A DNA stretch of 64,000 nt, taken from Takakia lepidozioides (taxonomy: Eukaryota > Plantae > Bryophyta). The notes below the pieces were generated by a model. It saw nothing but the letters and a program-made list of their open reading frames with translations. It ran no database searches and was not told the DNA's origin. The stretch spans positions 27,652,001-27,716,000 of the forward strand of contig CM060734.1 of the NCBI GenBank assembly GCA_030704615.1, written 5' to 3'. The position numbers and the translations under genes are program-made. Shown here in pieces: positions 50,531 through 64,000 of this stretch; the first letter of the stretch is position 1; each line of letters opens with the position of its first letter.

Positions 50531-53500
50531 ATGGAAGATCTCAGACATGGCGCGTGTCGTCTCTCTCTCATTCTGGCGTGTGCGCTGTTTATTCCTCTCC
50601 TAGCAGTCGCCTCCTCACAGGTTGGAACGCCATCACGGTAACCTATGATTGTAGAAAAGTGCCCTGACATTTTCCCTCCTGAAAGGTTGGAAGTCTTGGT
50701 CGGTATAAGCACTGCGATGAGATATCATCTATTGGCAGCATGGGGGAGTCAGTCGGGGATTTTAGGTACTTATCTCCACATCTGTGACGAGCTTTCGGCT
50801 TCAAAGTGTTCTTAGGCAACCGGTTGTACAGCAGCCTGGTGAGCCATAAGTGTGTCGTAGATATTATTCTGGGGTTAAAGGCAAGTTCACTATTCTGAAT
50901 GGGATGTTGAAGTGTGGCAGCTTGCTTGATGTTTTTGAACTCGGAACATTGTCCTCATGGATTCTCGAGCTGATACCTGATCTTCATCAGATAGGATTGG
51001 ACAGACCTTATTCAGTACAATCCTGGATGCAATGTTCAAGAAAAATTGAAGGGCAAACATGTTTTAGTTGCTGTCAGTTAAAGGAAATTTTTGGGAACTG
51101 AAATATAGAATGAGGAGCTTGGTCATGGGAATGATTATTCATTTGGCAATCTGGTTCTGACTCTGTTTCAGATCAGTTTCACCCACCAAAAAACCCTGTT
51201 GTCTCTGTCTTCCCCCCAGGTTATAGAATTTTTCTAAGTATCATTGGGACTCTCTTTATTTAAAATCACCTCCCTGTGGCTCTTTCCTGCACCTCAAGCA
51301 CCTTGTGAACTGTAAAGTCTGATTTTAAAAAGTGCACTTATTACTCCTACAGGTGAAATCTTTTCTCAAAATTGTTGAACTAAAATAATTGGAGGTGGAT
51401 GTTGTTAAGGCTTCGTAGGGTTGTCTGCTGGTTTGGGAAACAGGCAGATGTGCTCGGGACAGTGCTCTTTGTGGATGGCGAGAGGGGTCAACAGTATCTG
51501 CGCTCAGCCTCTCCACCTCCAGAAGTGGAAGTATATTTCCTCCAACGTCCAACCTGCTGAAATTTTCTTGTTTTCAAAATCTCTTGGAATGCAAAACCGT
51601 TGTCTATGTGAGATGACCCAGCATTTTGGGAAACCTTCCACCTAGCATGGGCAGCGTGGTATGATTGGCCTGCCGGCGAGAAAACCCCTTAACCTCATCT
51701 GCTCTGCATCCTTTCCATTCAGTAGGCTTAATAGAAGTTTCAGATAATTGTAGCCACTTGAATCAAACAATCATAAACCTGTGAAAAAGATCTTATGGCC
51801 AGTTTGTAAGGGGTGAAGATCTTAGGGTTTACTTTTAAAGTAGACTCCCCATTAAAAGGGATGGGAGCTTATGTTTCCCCGAGTTCTCTATTTAGTGCTT
51901 TGTATGATTTGAATGCTAAAACTGTATCAGCTGAGTCTTCGTCTGTTTACACTGAAACTCAGTACATCTGTCAGGACTGATGAAGTTAGTGGGGGGTAAT
52001 AACAGTTGATCACTGTCATAAAGGATGAAATCTCCTACCCTTAGAATGGATGTCTAAGTTATGTTTGTTTTTTCGTCTACCATGTGACTTTCCTTGATGT
52101 ACTGTCCTTGTGCCTTTGTTCTCATGTTTGAAAGCTCTTCTTTACTTCGGCTTTCTCATTTTATCTTTGGTTACCTCTAAAATCTGAGTTCAGAATTTTA
52201 CAAGGATCTCAAATGGATTTTATGATATAGGGTTTGTATCAGAGGCGTACTGAATGTAGATTTCCTCAGCTCCCAGATACAGTAGCAAACTCAACGCTCA
52301 GAGATTAGAGTTTTCCTTGTATCTTTATGCACTTCAATGTGTGTCCTCGTGGCTGAGTGCAACTCTTTTATTTGCATCTAGCTTGTCCATTTGTACCTGG
52401 TAAGAGGGCTGATCAAATAGTGTTGGCTTATGGGCAGGCATCTGTGTTTTCTTATGCTGATGTGGCGGCATCAGTGGCAGTGTTGCTGGGAGTAGTCCCG
52501 CCATATGTTTTGAGCGAAGCATCTGCCTCCAAGGTATACTGTCCCAGCCATATGGCCCAAGATTAATAAGTCCATGGAGGAAATGTTGCTGCAAAGTGAA
52601 TGAGCCTGTCAGAAATCTATTCTGATATTCGGTACAGCCTTTGATGAGCTGGGACTCAAGAACTGCCTAAATTTCCTACGCACATTGGACCCTGGGTGAC
52701 GTTTTAACTAAAGAGTAGGCTGCCTACCAAGTTTACCCAGCTGGAAGAAGAGAGTTCACGTGGCCTTTCTTTTGCCATAACTGGTGAGGATAGATAGGCA
52801 AATTTTTTTTTAATGCAGTGTATTGAGTGCTCTGCTGAATGGGAGGCCCTTTTTGGAAGCAACAAATAGAGTATTACTGCACCTCTTCTTGCCCAGTTTG
52901 AGAAACAGCAGAGGAAGTTGGAAACTGTACCTCCTCTTGGGTCTGAATTCTGGGGATTGACGCTAGGGTTTGGAGCTTTCTACAGCAAAGCTGGAAGACC
53001 AGAACGGACTTTGTATATTCACTTAAGGCCCCCACAGGATCATAAAGGTCTTCCATCCTCCTCTGCCTTGCATGACTGTAGTGGCCCTAACCTTTCAGAA
53101 TCATAAATTTATCAGGTGGTGAAATGAACAGTGACAGATCTAGGCCGCCCAGGCTGCCCGTGTCTCTGTCCAAATGGTCTCTTGAAATGGGCCCTGACAC
53201 AATCCTATGTTCCAAGGAATGTCTAGAAGGTAGCTATGCTGAGTTTCTATTGTGACATAGAAATTTCCTGATAGCTGTGTCTACAACTCATTGCCCACCT
53301 TAGTGGTTCTCTGTTCATAAGGTGCTGAAATTGTGATATTCAAGAGACAGATCAATACATAATGTGGTTTTCATGAGTCTCAGCAGTGGGTGCCTGGTTA
53401 TATGACAGCTGGATGCCTTACTGTCACCCGATCCCTTCCACCGGCCACGTGCAGTTCTTTCATTGAGCGTTGACAGCATTGATTCTGGTGAGTTTAATTT

Positions 53501-56500
53501 TTGTTTACCAGATGAGGAAGTTGCTGTTAGAAAACAGACGGACAATATCAGTGAAGTTATATAGCAATGAAGTTAGTTTAGAAACTAGTTGTTAAATAAT
53601 CTGGAATTAAAGGTCTTGACATGACATGTGTTTACAGATCTTCTTAGCCAAGCAAGGGCGCTTGAAACTCTTGGGGTTAAGACATACCAGCAGCGCACAC
53701 TCACCACAGTTGATTCACAATCCTTTGAGCTCTCCGGTACCATGCTGACTTGTCCTTAGTAGCATGAGTTTGATCTGCTGTTTCAGGCTAGTCCACTCAC
53801 TCTTCTCTGAGGAGTTCATGGATTTTGAGTCATGAACGGTGCTATTAACTCTGTCCATATGGGTGGCAGGGAATGATGTCAGGCTAGAGTCTTTAAGCAA
53901 CTCGGTGGAAACGGACAGCTATGATCAATCCATTGAACGAGATGTAAAAGATTTGGTAAGTTTGGTTGGCATCCACTTGATTCACAGTAGGTCCTGTCAG
54001 GCTGCCATAAACACCCTCTTTGTGAAAAATCTGGCTTCTGGGATTGGGAATGATAGGTGATCCTGCAATGTGCTCAATTCTGAGTTATTGAGGACATTTT
54101 CAAAGCGGTATTCACATTGTTGACGAAATTTTCCCGTTATTGTGGCCCAGACTTCTCTTTTGGGAGGCGTGTATATAGCTAAGGTGGGGATGTCATCTGC
54201 AAATCCAAAGATCTCGGTCCCGTTGCCTGGTGGTGAGACTATGTCATTGGATCTATCTGAGGCAAGTGTGTCGTACATATCTCTTGTCTCTTTCCACTGC
54301 TAGGCTTGTAGTTAACTTGCAAGTAAAAGAGGCCTTTGGTGCCATTCAGGTTGTTACCTATTGGTTATCACCTAAGCATAAATATGGAAGTGCCAAATAC
54401 CATGACACAAGAAGTTTTCAGCTCGTTTTCTGAGGCATCTGGCAGTGTCTCAAGATGGAAATACTCTCCCTCCTCCTTTCTTTTCTCTCTTTCCTCTTTT
54501 TCTCTCTATCAAGGGAATTGTGCCTGTACCTATGTTTACCAACTTTGAAAGTCTCGAGGCTGAGCCAAAAGCCCAGGTCCTTCTGGGGCCTAGTTACTGG
54601 GCAAACCACTCACAGCAGATTGATGCTTGTGTGAAGGGATTTCTAGAGGATATCTGGAAAACCCGGATCAATGTTCTTGACCAAGGTAAGTCTTACTACC
54701 GACGTCAGCCCCTGACAGAGGTAGGTTCTGTCCCTTTGTGTTCCGTTCAAACTGAGTGCGGGGTCAATGGCCACAAGGCAACAGCAAACAACGTCTTATG
54801 AGTACATTCTCTTCTCTCTTTCACACATATCACACTGTGACTGCAAATGCAAGCACAGCCACATTTCCTACATCTGTTTCAGGTAGAAAAGCTACATGAA
54901 CATTGCAGGATATTAAGGCCATTCATAAAACATCAAGTCCCTCCCTCCAATGGGCATTGAATGCAATCAGAAAGTTGTTGTTGGCCGTGCATCATAAATA
55001 TGGGCTATGGGATGCCTTGGTGAGTGAAAATCCCGGGACCTGCTTAGGAGGAGTTACTATCCCACATGGACCTTGCCCTCAAGAGTCTGTCACAGCCAGT
55101 ATGCACAGGCACAGACATGAGTCTACATGTGTTAGTTCTATCTTCTTCTAGTCTGGAGTGTTAATTTCTAAAAGCCACATTGGAGGGCTGTAATGAGAAG
55201 ATCCATTATTTTTTTCTGATATGTAGAGTGCAGATCAAGCATTTGCCCTGGAACTGGTATTCCTCTTCCGTGGCATGCAGCGGGCGGTGGCCGCCCACAG
55301 ACATTTGGTGCAGGATTCACAACGTCCAGCAGAGCTTCTATTGGGCACTTTTACTGGGATCAAGGTAAGCTTACCTGTGGCACTGGGCATGTAGCAGAGT
55401 GGAACTTGGATACAGTGTGTAGCACGGGAATCTATTTGCACTGGAAAGCTGAGCTTAGGCAAACTATGTACTTATGAAATTGTTCCTGAGATATTGCTGA
55501 ATAGGCATTTCATTGATTTGTGAATTTTTTCTAGAGATAATCACTTTACAACACCACATACATATTGTCAAGGATACAGGTGATCACTCTGAAATTTTCT
55601 TCCGAGAAAATGTTTTATACTGAGCTTTTCCATTTGTGACACTGCTCTTGTTTGGGTGGCCAATTGTCTTTATTTTGGTAGGTTGGTTGGTTGATGGTTG
55701 TAGCCACACTGGTATGACATTGTTAATCGTGCATAGGCCTTACGTAAGGAGTATGGCAGCGGGCCTCGTACCTTGCAAGCATCAAAATTGGTGATAATTG
55801 CTGCCTCCAAGATCCTTGAATCCTTGCATGCTGCCTATGGAGGTGAGCTTCTAGTATCTTCCCTAGTGAGAGACACCACTAAAAAAGAAAATGAATGAAA
55901 TTTTATTCTCAGAGATAACAAGACAAGTACCTTGGGGGTGTTTAATTAAGCTTTCACATGTGGGCTGGGAGTGAAGATTGCTTTAGTAGATGGTGCCCTG
56001 TGTGGCAAACAATGATTGTTGTCTTAGTCTCTTTTGGCAGTAAGGGGCTTCATCATTAGGTGGGCTTGTTGACACAGCAGAGTGACCCTGCTATATATTA
56101 AGGTGTGGTAATGTGGTTCAGGGGCTTCATCATAACATTGTACAATTAAAGCCAATTGTACAGCTCAAGCATATCCTCTGAATGTTGTGTTACCTATACT
56201 TTCTGTCCAAGATTGTCTGGTTACACATCCCATGTCTTTGCAGGGGAAATTGTGGGTGTTTTCACGTGGACAAACGATGCTGCTGATGGGGAACGGACAT
56301 TTGAGATCACCATCTCTCAAAGGTCCGCACGGCTCCTCGAAGCTGTGTCACCCAGTGGTGCTTATGGTGGGAACAGTACTGAAGATCCAGAGGAGGCCAG
56401 TGAATTGATGCTGCGTGCGATTGTATTTTTTACAGTACTCATATTGCTGGTGTCAGTCATTCTCGCGGTAAGCCTGCATCATAACTTTAATGGTAGTTCA

Positions 56501-56656
56501 ATCTGTTCAACTACATGTTTATCCATTTAGCGTTAAAGCAGTTGATAATTGGACCTGGTGGATTTTAACACTTGCTTATTCTTGCAGACCTGCTGTCTGT
56601 TCAGAATGCCAATCGCACGTGACACTCTGCTCTATTCTGGTGTAAAGCTAGACTAA
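50531..56656 (+). CDS. Type I membrane protein, homolog of Arabidopsis PMP (At3g24160) / ATP6AP2-like V-ATPase accessory protein; 11 exons
   Basis: Exons 50531-50620, 51444-51530, 52438-52533, 53409-53487, 53638-53736, 53870-53955, 54151-54261 (GC donor), 55227-55364, 55737-55842, 56244-56467, 56588-56656 join in frame. Signal peptide, GTVLFVDG...QYLR, PDPFHRPRA, GEIVGV, TM helix, C-terminus MPIARDTLLYSGVKLD*. Confidence 0.9.
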
Positions 56657-57246
56657 GGAAACCTGAAGCCAGCCATAGCTGTGTTGTTGCTCGGCATAAT
56701 ATCCTCAGATTGATCACCATTTTGTAGTAGCTTTGTGACAAGCATGTTGGTTTGTTGACCAGCTGCATTTGAACTTTCTGCAAGCACACTACAACCTATC
56801 AGCAGTGAGCAAAGCTGAGGGTTATCAGCACAAAAATGTTGCCATCAATGTAGCATTATGCAAATGCTTAAGAAATAAATCAAATTGGTTTCAGGTCACC
56901 TGAGAGACTCTGTAGAAGTGGTTTCCCATGCTATCTGTTGCGCTGAGTTCAGCATCGTTCCTAATATAAAATCAAATATGGGAATAATTTCCCTTAATTA
57001 TCTTAATGATGGTTGTGATTCTGACCAGGCAGACATGGCAGTTAATAGGCTATATGTCAGAGAAAGCATTAGTGAGTCGCACCTCTTCACAGGCTGAAGA
57101 TAGCTGTTCGATCTGCCCATGGAAGGCAAAAGGAGTGCGTGCAGAGAATCCAGCCTCTGCGTTCACCCACACTCGATGAAACCAGCACGATAATTACTTT
57201 CACTGAGTTGAGACGGCTTTCATTCCAATGAATTATAACACCAACA

Positions 57247-57312
57247 GTTGGTAGCTCAGTTGGATAGTGACCTCAGTGCCACCCAGATGATTCTGGGGTC
57301 AAATCCTGCTAC
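57247..57312 (+). mobile_element. tRNA-derived SINE-like head
   Basis: A box TAGCTCAGTTGG and degenerate B box GGTCAAATCC; no full cloverleaf. Confidence 0.5.
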
Positions 57313-58854
57313 CTTGATGGCTGTGGTATGTTCTTCTCCCCCTTCCCTTGGGCGGTGTCCCATGCGAAAGCCTTCACCACCAGGTTACTCTGAAAGAGGT
57401 TATTTTTTCCTCTCACTATAATTAAGGGGCCTGATTTGTGAGCTGTCGCTCCCAGGTGTTTCCCTTTCAAATATATATATATAACAGACACAGAGAAAGA
57501 GAAAGATCTAACGATTGTCGCTCCCTCCAGGGTGCTGGCGCAATATGCATTCATAACCTAGCTTTTCCCGTGATCTGCCCACCCTGTAAATGGCATGAAC
57601 TTTGGATGATAATTTGGACGATGATTTGGAAAACATGGATGAACATTGCTGAAAAGCTCGGTTATGTACGGTATTCCACCATGACTCGCCTGGCTATGGG
57701 CTGTAGCTTGGCACGTATCGACTCGCCGCTCCTGTACGGCTCAGCAGTATTGTGTGTCGGGCTACAACCAGGCTTATGGAATACTATATGGACGATGACG
57801 GCACGGTGTCTCTCGGTGTCCATCACCGCTCACGACCTCCGTCGCCATGGACGGTGATGACCCACGGAGCCCGTCACCACTAACGGCAATGGACTCTGTG
57901 AGCCGTCTCCATGAATGTGGCACAACTAGCAACTAATGCCAAAAATAATTTACATTTAACTTATAGATTTTAAAAATTCATTTTCTCCTGCCCGGTTACA
58001 TGAGAATGATTGCCCAGTGGGAACATGAGTAAAGTGAAATGGTTACTTTTTACAACAAGCTCAAAGTCTTTTGCAAAAGTGCATCAAGGTGCAGATGCAG
58101 AGCGCGCAGAGTCTACTGCATTCCGTGTGAATCGATAGCTACAAGGAACCTGCGGGTAGATGGAAGCAGTGGCAGTGACACGACAGTGTCTCGTCAGCAT
58201 GTATGTTTAGTGCGGGAGCATTGTGGATGCACATCAAGTACTCAACAAAATGCTTGAACGAGATTCAGCCTGCTTCTGTGTTGGCAGATGCGTATCATGG
58301 GCCTTTGACCCAGACGGAGCTTGGGCCCACTTACTCATCTACCCACGCAAGTTTTTTGTAGCTATCGATTCACAGGGAATCATATAATAGGTAATCTTGT
58401 GCTTAAAATCTGGCCTTCTCGGATGAATCTACACCCACAACAATGCCACACTAATGCATTGTAAATCTTGCCATCGTTATATGTAAAGCAACGGCAGCAA
58501 CAACAGTTATCTTTTCCGCATTGATGACGAGCTTGTGATGGGTCCTTTGAGCTGTTCCCTTCTGCCACTAAACAATCAATATGTAGATTGCAGGGGCTGA
58601 AATTTCTTACTGCTCATCTGAGCACAAGGTCAGCACACTATCTGCTGCTACAGGGTTTCCTGCCTTCCCTCCTTCTACAGATCCTCTCTGGCACCCTAGT
58701 TTACTGACAACACGCTCCAAATAATTGATGGTATGCAAAGGGAAGTGAGCCGTTTCAGTTTCCATCCGTGCCATGCAAACTATGCGCCATAAGTCACCCG
58801 GTTTGCCAGGTGGGCCTATCGCCCCTCGAAACAACTTCATCCAACTCCCCTTGG

Positions 58855-58980
58855 ATGTAAATGCGGCGCCGAATTTCCATCCGGGGGGATGGACTTCGGT
58901 GCCAGGTGGCCGACTGTTCCCCCGACACCATTTCATCCTCTCACCCTGGATGGAAATTCGACGCCGCATTTCCATCCGGG
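58855..58980. repeat. Relic of a palindrome-bearing MULE family
   Basis: aaatgcggcgccgaatttcc and ggatggaaattcgacgccgcatttccatcc. Confidence 0.55.
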
Positions 58981-59058
58981 CGTCCTCAAGTTGGGTGACA
59001 ACTCCCACCGGATGGAATAAACTTTGCTGAAATTCCAGCAAAGTTGGATAATAAGGTC

Positions 59059-59765
59059 TGTGTAGTTAGTAAAATAAGCTACCTTATGAATGCTCAATGA
59101 ATAACAAGGCAAAGAAGTTGCATTTGTGGTGAGAAGTAACCCACCAAACAAGCATGAAGCTCAAGAAAACCTAAAATCAACTGGTGATGGCAATGGATGG
59201 CTTCTCAGACTTCGTCTTACCAATAGAGGGAGTAGTGGACCGTTTACCACTATGGCTCACGACCACTGCAACGAGCCACTTTTTAGCAAACCTTTTAGGT
59301 TGCGTAGGCAGTTAGGCAAACGGTCATTAATGACCGCAGGCTGTAACGGCTCTTTCGAGCATAGTATAAAAAGACTGCACGCAACTTAGAGGGTGTGCAG
59401 TATGAGTATCAGGGATCAGTGTGTACTTTTGTGATGATGTGACGAGCTCTGAAGTAAAGCCATGCTATTCGAAGTATCTCTGTGTAGAGTGAATGTGAGA
59501 TGGAGAGAATGTGCATTATGAGATAACAGTCCTTTTGACTAATTTTTTATATATTAAGAGACTGTAGATTGGGATTAATCAATAGGATTAAGCAACCTAC
59601 AGGGATATGGTTTCATATGACATTCATGGTTTAGCTATCCTTAAAACGATTACTTCGTAATCGTTTCTGAAAGCATACCGTCGGACAACCTCTGTTGCAT
59701 GTCTTAGGAAATGGGCAGTAGTGTCGATAGTCTATTTTGTCTAAGTCATAAACCAGCGGTTAACA
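59059..59765 (+). mobile_element. Probable 5' LTR of a Ty3/Gypsy element (left boundary uncertain)
   Basis: Ends ...GGTTAACA directly before a PBS; TATA-like agtataaaaag at ~59365. Confidence 0.55.
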
Positions 59766-59767
59766 TT

Positions 59768-59785
59768 TGGCGACCATACTGGGGA
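59768..59785 (+). promoter_or_regulatory. Primer binding site (tRNA-Arg-like)
   Basis: TGGCGACCATACTGGGGA resembles the TGGCGACTCCGCTGGGGA-type PBS of non-chromovirus Gypsy elements. Confidence 0.6.
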
Positions 59786-60366
59786 CTAACGGTATGTTGA
59801 GTTCAAGAATACTCAAAGAATGATGGTTACTCAGTGATTTCTTGAAATCAAGACAGAACGAGTCAACGGAAGCAAAGGAATGGAAAACATTCCTGAAAAA
59901 ATTTCATGGCTTACCAATAGCAATACAATAGAAGATCTTTCTTTTAGTTGCGAAAGAAGATGACAAATGGGGATTGAAGGGAGGAGTGGTCAGTATTACA
60001 CGAGCACCTTGGGAATGTAGAATCAGAAGTGAAAGATGGTTGTCTCGTTTAGCTTTATTGATTACTCTAATCCCAATCAGAAAAGTTTGTTACACTAGTT
60101 ATATTTTCAGAGAAGGATGTTCGAATTATGAATATTGTCACACGACGATAGAAGCAGTAGGGTACTGGATACCCAAAGACTTATTACAAGTCAGATACAC
60201 TGAAAAAGACAAATGGTATTATTGTGCCCATTAAAAGTTTGGTGATCAATCAGTAAAAAGGAAAATTAAGTCGTAATACGGATTCTGGCAAGATAGGATA
60301 AATCTTGAAGAAAGGGTAGAGACCACTATAAATTTTCTTTATTGACATACCAAGACTGTTTAAAGG

Positions 60367-63300
60367 GTGCCAAAAAGGAATTCTGCATATGATGTGGGAA
60401 TGAATGAGGAAATTAAAGAAAAAGCTAAACAAGTCAGAGTTGAACAAATAGAGAAATATGTTGGAGAAAGGGAGGCTCGGTTAAGAGAAGAGTTCCCAGA
60501 ATTACAGAACTTGAAAATTATTCAAGGTGAGACATCAAGACAAATTAACAGTGATAAACCAGAAGATCAGGAAATCGGATCGGTGGGAAGTGGGAACACT
60601 ACACCAGAAGAAGTTGTCAGTAATGTACTTGGTGAATGGTTACCACAAGAAAGATCTGAAGGACCTTCTACAGTAACAAGCCTAAATCGAGGTTTTGTTG
60701 AAATATTAGAAGAAAGATTTGAGAACATTTTGAGTGAAGAAGGTGAAAGAAGTGAAAGCACTTCTCCAGAAAGGATAACCAGAACTGCACTCAAAGCTTT
60801 TAAAGATTCATTAAGCTTAGTAGGGACAGTAGCTGGAAGAAGGCTATCATTGGGACAAAGACCTCCTAGCTTTGAATCACTGTTTGGAAGACAAACACCA
60901 ACACCACCACAGCCAGTAGCAGCGGGACCATCACAGTTTGGACAACCAGTTGCACCAGCTGCACCGATGGCTTTAGCAGCAAGCAAAACCAGACCACCAT
61001 TTCCTTTATATGATGGGAAATCTGATCTAGATATCCATCTGAATCAATTTGAAAACATGTGCACCATTTACAATGAAGCATCAGACCAAGAGAAGATCCG
61101 ACTATTTCCTTGTTCAATGGCTCGGAAAGGCATTGAATGGTTGGCAACTTTCCCAGCCAATCACTTTGCAAATTGGGCGGATATGAGAGCCGCGTTTCAA
61201 GAAATATATAGATCCAACAAATCCACATCTGAAATCTTCACAGGATTACAAAACCTGAGACAGAAAAAGAAAGAATTAGTAGTCGACTACCTGGAGAGAA
61301 TGAAGACTCTGATCAGGAAGCTACCTCAAGCACCAGGGGATGATTTGCAAAAATCATGGCTCATCAATGGACTTCGTCCTGAATACGTAACCATGGTTAC
61401 AGTCATCCCTAACAACACTTTGGCTGAAGCAATAAGGACTGCAAAGAAGTTGGAATTGGGATTCCATCAGAGCATAAGCAAAGATTCCAAGGATCCCTTG
61501 GAAGAAGAAGACTCTGATGATGAAGAAAAACCCAAGCAAAAGAAGAAAGAAATGATTGACAAAATCACTTTGGATCAGAAGATAGCAGAGGCTATCAAGA
61601 ATTTTAAAGATGAAGGGCCACGAAAGGCAACATGGTGTCACAAATGCGGGATTGCAGGACACCTGGCAACGGAATGCCACATGAAAGACAAACACTGTGA
61701 TATTTGTCATATGAACAATTATAATACCAGCCATTGTATTTACAACCAACGGGCCAAGAAGAGTGGGTACACACGAGAAGTGGGGGTACACCAAGTCCAA
61801 ATCCGACGGGGAGGATTGGACGGACTAAGACGATACAATATGGGTAATCGTTATCAGAGGCCACGAGATGAATATCCACCAAGAGATAGGGAACATCAAC
61901 CCAGAAACAAAGAAAGCACGAGATGCCACTATTGCAAGAAAGAGAGACACTGGAAACATGAATGCCAGTTGCGAACCAAGCATGAGGCAGAAGTGGGAAA
62001 TATGGAAGCCGGACCAAGTGTAGCCGTAAGTGTGGTAACCCTTGTAGTGGATACCCTTGCGGTAACCCGAACTCAGGCCAAGAAACATAAACCTCCAGAT
62101 AAGGAGATTGAAGAAGAACGGAAACAATATCCAGAAAGTGCAGCATGGCAGGAGGAAAAAAGCTTACACCAGGAAGTAAGTAAAGCCATAGCTCAAATGC
62201 AAGAGGGAACCCATATACCTTCTGGAGAGCCAACTCCAGATAAGCAAATCAGACCAACGGTGAAGACCATGAATACAAGCACGGAAACAGAATTGGCCGA
62301 AGTAATCTGTCAGACCAAGACCCAAATTACCATTGGACAATTATTAAAAATTGCTCCACACTGCAAGAAAACTTTATTTCGGGAAATCGAGGCATTGACC
62401 CCCACACCAAAACGGAAGATGGTAACGAATGTACTCATCAATGGAGGATCCGGAGTGAATATCATGACAGAAAAGATGAAGAAGTCACTAGGATTGGGGC
62501 ACATGGAACCTGCTCCATTCACGGTACGAATGGCTGATCGACGAAAAGTGCAGCCATTGGGGATCATCATACGACTTGCAATGGAAGTAGCAGGACTGAT
62601 ATACGAAATATCAGTAACCATTCTCAGAATGGAGGATGTGGCAGAAGGATATTTGCTACTACTTGGCCGACCATGGTTAACACAAGCCCAATCACACCAC
62701 GATTGGGGGAGTCAGACTCTCACAATAAAAAAGGGAGCAGAACAAGTCACCATCACTACGAAGCAACGAGGTACCATTCCACGAGAGAAACGACCTTGCA
62801 TAGTGGAAGAATATGATTGGTCCAGTGGACTGTCGGATGAAGAAGAAGCCACAGTATACGCAGCACATCCACAGTTGGAACCTATTGGACAACTAGTGGT
62901 CAAGCATACCACAACAGTAGAATGTCACATGGTGAACACCCAAGAAGAACCAAATACTTTAAGAACTGAAGATCCAGAGGAAGAAGCGATGGACACACCT
63001 CAACACCCGGCCCGTTTCTATCAAGAAAGGGAAGAAGACATTCAAATCAGTGAAGTACCTGCCACAATTGCAACCATCGGACAAGAGATTGCAGGATGGA
63101 CAGTAACGGAAGAAACTCAATTGACTCAAGTGAATCTGGGAACATGGGGAACACCACAGACAATATGAGTAAGTGCAGGTCTTGAAGAATCATTTCTACA
63201 AGAAGCTACTGCATTAGTCACTGAATACAAGGATGTATTTGCTTGGAACTACAAAGATTTGAAGGGTATACCTTCTAATATCTGTCAGCACCGAGAAGTT

Positions 63301-64000
63301 GACACAAAATCAATTCGTCAGAACCATTACAGAATGAACCCCAACTATGCAGCTAAACTTTGGGAAGAAATCAAGAAGTTACTGGATGCGGGATTCATAT
63401 ACCCAGTAGAGACACCACAATGGTTATCGCCCATTGTGATAGTACCCAAGAAAAATGGAAAACTGCGAGTGTGTGTGGACTACCGCAAGTTAAACGCAGG
63501 AACCAAGAAATACCCCTTTCCACTACCTTTTACTGAAATAGTGTTGGACACAGTGGCTGGACATGAGATGTACTCATTCATGGATGGGTTGAGTGGATAC
63601 AACCAGGTGCAGATGGCAGAAGAAGACCGAGAAAAGACCGCATTCATCACTGAATGGGGAGCCTATGCTTACAAAGTCATGCCATTTGGACTTTGCAATG
63701 CACCAGCCACATTTCAACGAGCAGTATCCGAGATATTCAAAAACTATCCCAACGATTTTATGCAGGTATTTTTGGATGATTTCAGTGTCTTCAGACATAA
63801 ATCCAAACATTTGGCATAGTTAAAACTTTGCCTACAAGCCTGCAGAAACAATGGAGTAAGTCTCAACCCGGAAAAATGTACATTTTGTGTGAATTCAGGA
63901 TTATTATTGGGACACATTGTGTGCCAACAGGGAATTCTGGTAGATCCAAAGAAAGTGGAGGTTATCCAGAAAATACCACCACCAGAAAATCCCAAGAAAC
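60367..64000 (+). mobile_element. Ty3/Gypsy gag-protease-RT (degenerate, runs off the window)
   Basis: YDGKSDLDIHLNQF gag; knuckles CHKCGIAGHLATEC and CHYCKKERHWKHEC; protease LINGGSGVN (D>N) and LLLGRPWL; RT CVDYRKLN...VMPFGLCNAPATFQ...FLDDF. Frameshifts and stops. Confidence 0.93.

Noticed and set aside
57247-57312. Functional tRNA gene
   Set aside because: No acceptor or anticodon stem could be formed and the B box is degenerate.

Overview
Repeat-rich eukaryotic genomic scaffold with a 500-N gap. It is from a land plant (PLS-type PPR relic, spliceosomal introns); a non-seed plant is my guess. It holds one intact 11-exon host gene, the type I membrane protein PMP/ATP6AP2-like V-ATPase accessory protein (50531-56656). 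Around it lie degenerate LINEs, three Ty3/Gypsy copies, a 3.39-kb-offset direct duplication and a ~1.8-kb-arm inverted repeat. The main finding is a family of Mutator-like DNA transposons with a GCM/WRKY-like + DDE + SWIM transposase (3 copies). They carry an intron-containing passenger gene (3 partial copies), divergent from the transposase where both survive together, encoding a ParB/Srx-like domain (VWDGNHR) fused to a bacterial-type beta-class N4C/N6A DNA methyltransferase-like domain. Each subfamily has its own array of 22-28 bp palindromes, mostly spaced at near-integral helical turns (53, 63-64, 74, 85, 94-95 bp), reminiscent of parS arrays. All copies here are disrupted. All family assignments come from motif recognition by eye, with no database searches.
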